NCBI GenBank assembly: GCA_046757165.1
Contig: JBHHXT010000050.1
Location: forward strand, 1 to 27,968
Source of the DNA: a bacterium
Lineage (GTDB): Bacteria; Zhuqueibacterota; Zhuqueibacteria; Oceanimicrobiales; Oceanimicrobiaceae
Direction of reading: 5' to 3'
Length of the DNA: 27,968 bases
The position numbers were made by a program, and so were the translations under genes. The first letter of the stretch is position 1. The number at the start of each line of letters is the position of its first letter. The notes under the pieces were generated by a model. That model did not search any database and had not been told where the DNA came from. It worked only from the letters and a program-made list of their open reading frames with translations. Shown in pieces: positions 26,680 to 27,968 of this stretch.

Positions 26680-27747
26680 TTATGTCGTGACCTGCTCAGC
26701 CTCCTCCGTCACAACAGTCAATCGGTTCCAGGGCTCCACGTCATAATCGATCTCGAGAATCCAGGGCGAATAGGGCGGCTCTTCCTGGTTGTAGCGGTTG
26801 AGTTTGCGCTTCAAGACGCTTTCGTGCACCACGGGCTTGCCATGATTCTTCGAGCTCCAGGTTCTGGTCTTCCTTCGATAGAGCCTGGTAAGCCGGGTGC
26901 CACGCGAATCGTGCATGGTGCCATTGGCTTTGGGCGTGATCTCGATGGTGTGTTTCGGGTAGATCTTCAAGCCGTGGTGCACACCATTTTGAATCATCCA
27001 CTCGAGGGTGATGTCGGAGAGTTCATGCTCCTCATAGCCGCCGCCAACATCGGTGTGCATGCCGCAAAACCAGACCTGTTTCATGGTCTGATAGGGTTTC
27101 AGTCCCCGGTGCCACAGCGTCGGGTGAAACGTCAAACGCTCATCATCGATAGCCAGGGCGTGGTAGGCGTTTTCCACGCTGTCACTGAGACGCAGGTCCT
27201 GAAACTTGTGTCTGAAAAAGGGAATCTTGTCCAGGACAACATCGATGGTTTTGAACGGCAGGCCAAGAGCCGCGACAGTATCCCACACGCCCAAAAACTT
27301 AATCCGGCACCACATCGTGTGATGCTTGCTGATGAACTTCTGCGCTTTCCGATCCCGTTCCTTCTTATTCTCTGTTTTGTAAATGTCGTAGGCTTGTTCT
27401 ATCAGCTCATGCCGGGATTTGGGTAGCATGCCGAACACGTGGATAAAACTGGACAAACTTCTGACAGTGGTGGCGCCCCGGCTGAACCCGAAGAGGTAGA
27501 TCTGGTCACCGACCTCGTAAGTTTCAAAGATGAACCGGTAACATTCGAGGATATTCTTCGAAATTCCCATTCCACTGACATTGCCTGCCACTTTCCGCCA
27601 ACCGGTCCCGAGACCGCGGTCATAGAAGGCAATCTGCTCCGGACTTCGATCCAGGACCATGTTGAAAAGCTTGTAGATATTCGTGTTATGCCCCTTGCCC
27701 CCCTCCTGTCCGGTGCCGTCGGAAAAGACGACTATATTCTTAGGCAT
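26680..27747 (-). CDS. DUF2235 (Tle1-like) alpha/beta hydrolase
   Basis: VVFSDGT, GFSRG nucleophile, GVWDTV, HALAIDDER, QVWFCGMHTDVGGG; RBS AAAGGAG before ATG 27747. Confidence 0.88.
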   Translation of the reverse strand: MPKNIVVFSDGTGQEGGKGHNTNIYKLFNMVLDRSPEQIAFYDRGLGTGWRKVAGNVSGMGISKNILECYRFIFETYEVGDQIYLFGFSRGATTVRSLSSFIHVFGMLPKSRHELIEQAYDIYKTENKKERDRKAQKFISKHHTMWCRIKFLGVWDTVAALGLPFKTIDVVLDKIPFFRHKFQDLRLSDSVENAYHALAIDDERLTFHPTLWHRGLKPYQTMKQVWFCGMHTDVGGGYEEHELSDITLEWMIQNGVHHGLKIYPKHTIEITPKANGTMHDSRGTRLTRLYRRKTRTWSSKNHGKPVVHESVLKRKLNRYNQEEPPYSPWILEIDYDVEPWNRLTVVTEEAEQVTT

Positions 27748-27780
27748 GGTTTCTCCTTTCTCAAATCTGAATGACTCCTG

Positions 27781-27861
27781 GCGCGGCACAGCCGCAGCCC
27801 AACCGAACGAGTTTTTTATCCCAAGAACCCAACGGCTTTTTGGGATTCCGACCGGTTGGAA
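27781..27861. repeat. Cluster of short hairpins including a partial family-A core
   Basis: GCGGC-ACA-GCCGC (27783-27795); AAGAACCCAACGG (27823-27835); TTCCGACCGGTTGGAA (27846-27861). Confidence 0.35.
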
Positions 27862-27968
27862 TGTAGATGAAAAAACTGCAACATGCAACCCCCAATTGGG
27901 ATGCCGGTGTTATCTGCAAGAAAGTACGTGCTCATAAATCAAGAATATGTGTGAGGGCAGAAGGAGAA

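Overview
Bacterial genomic window (lineage cannot be assigned from the sequence alone) with about 22 intact genes and two degraded genes. The left part (103-11845, all + strand) is an acyl-CoA/lipid-type catabolic cluster: Zn alcohol dehydrogenase, acyl-CoA ligase, PaaG-like crotonase, family III CoA-transferase, extended SDR, PaaI thioesterase, a glycyl-radical activating enzyme, an eliminase-type glycyl radical enzyme (GRE) and an acyl-CoA dehydrogenase fused to an SCP2 lipid-binding domain. The GRE's substrate-pocket loops do not match the characterised GREs as I recall them. A patatin and an OPT transporter follow. The right part holds a MacAB-like ABC exporter operon (- strand), sthA, a stand-alone 42-aa-TPR protein, an ECF sigma factor with an SRPBCC gene, a cytoplasmic gamma-glutamyltransferase and a DUF2235 hydrolase. 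The best candidate for an undescribed system is the GRE/activase pair in this lipid-catabolism context, which suggests anaerobic radical C-O or C-N cleavage of a hydrophobic substrate (inference). The intergenic regions carry several families of small repeats: a four-copy degenerate palindrome, REP-like doublets, a MITE-like element, CGGAT inverted arrays and 8-mer arrays. The two degraded genes are an AAA_14 ATPase and an antitoxin-VapC pair, both reduced by deletions.
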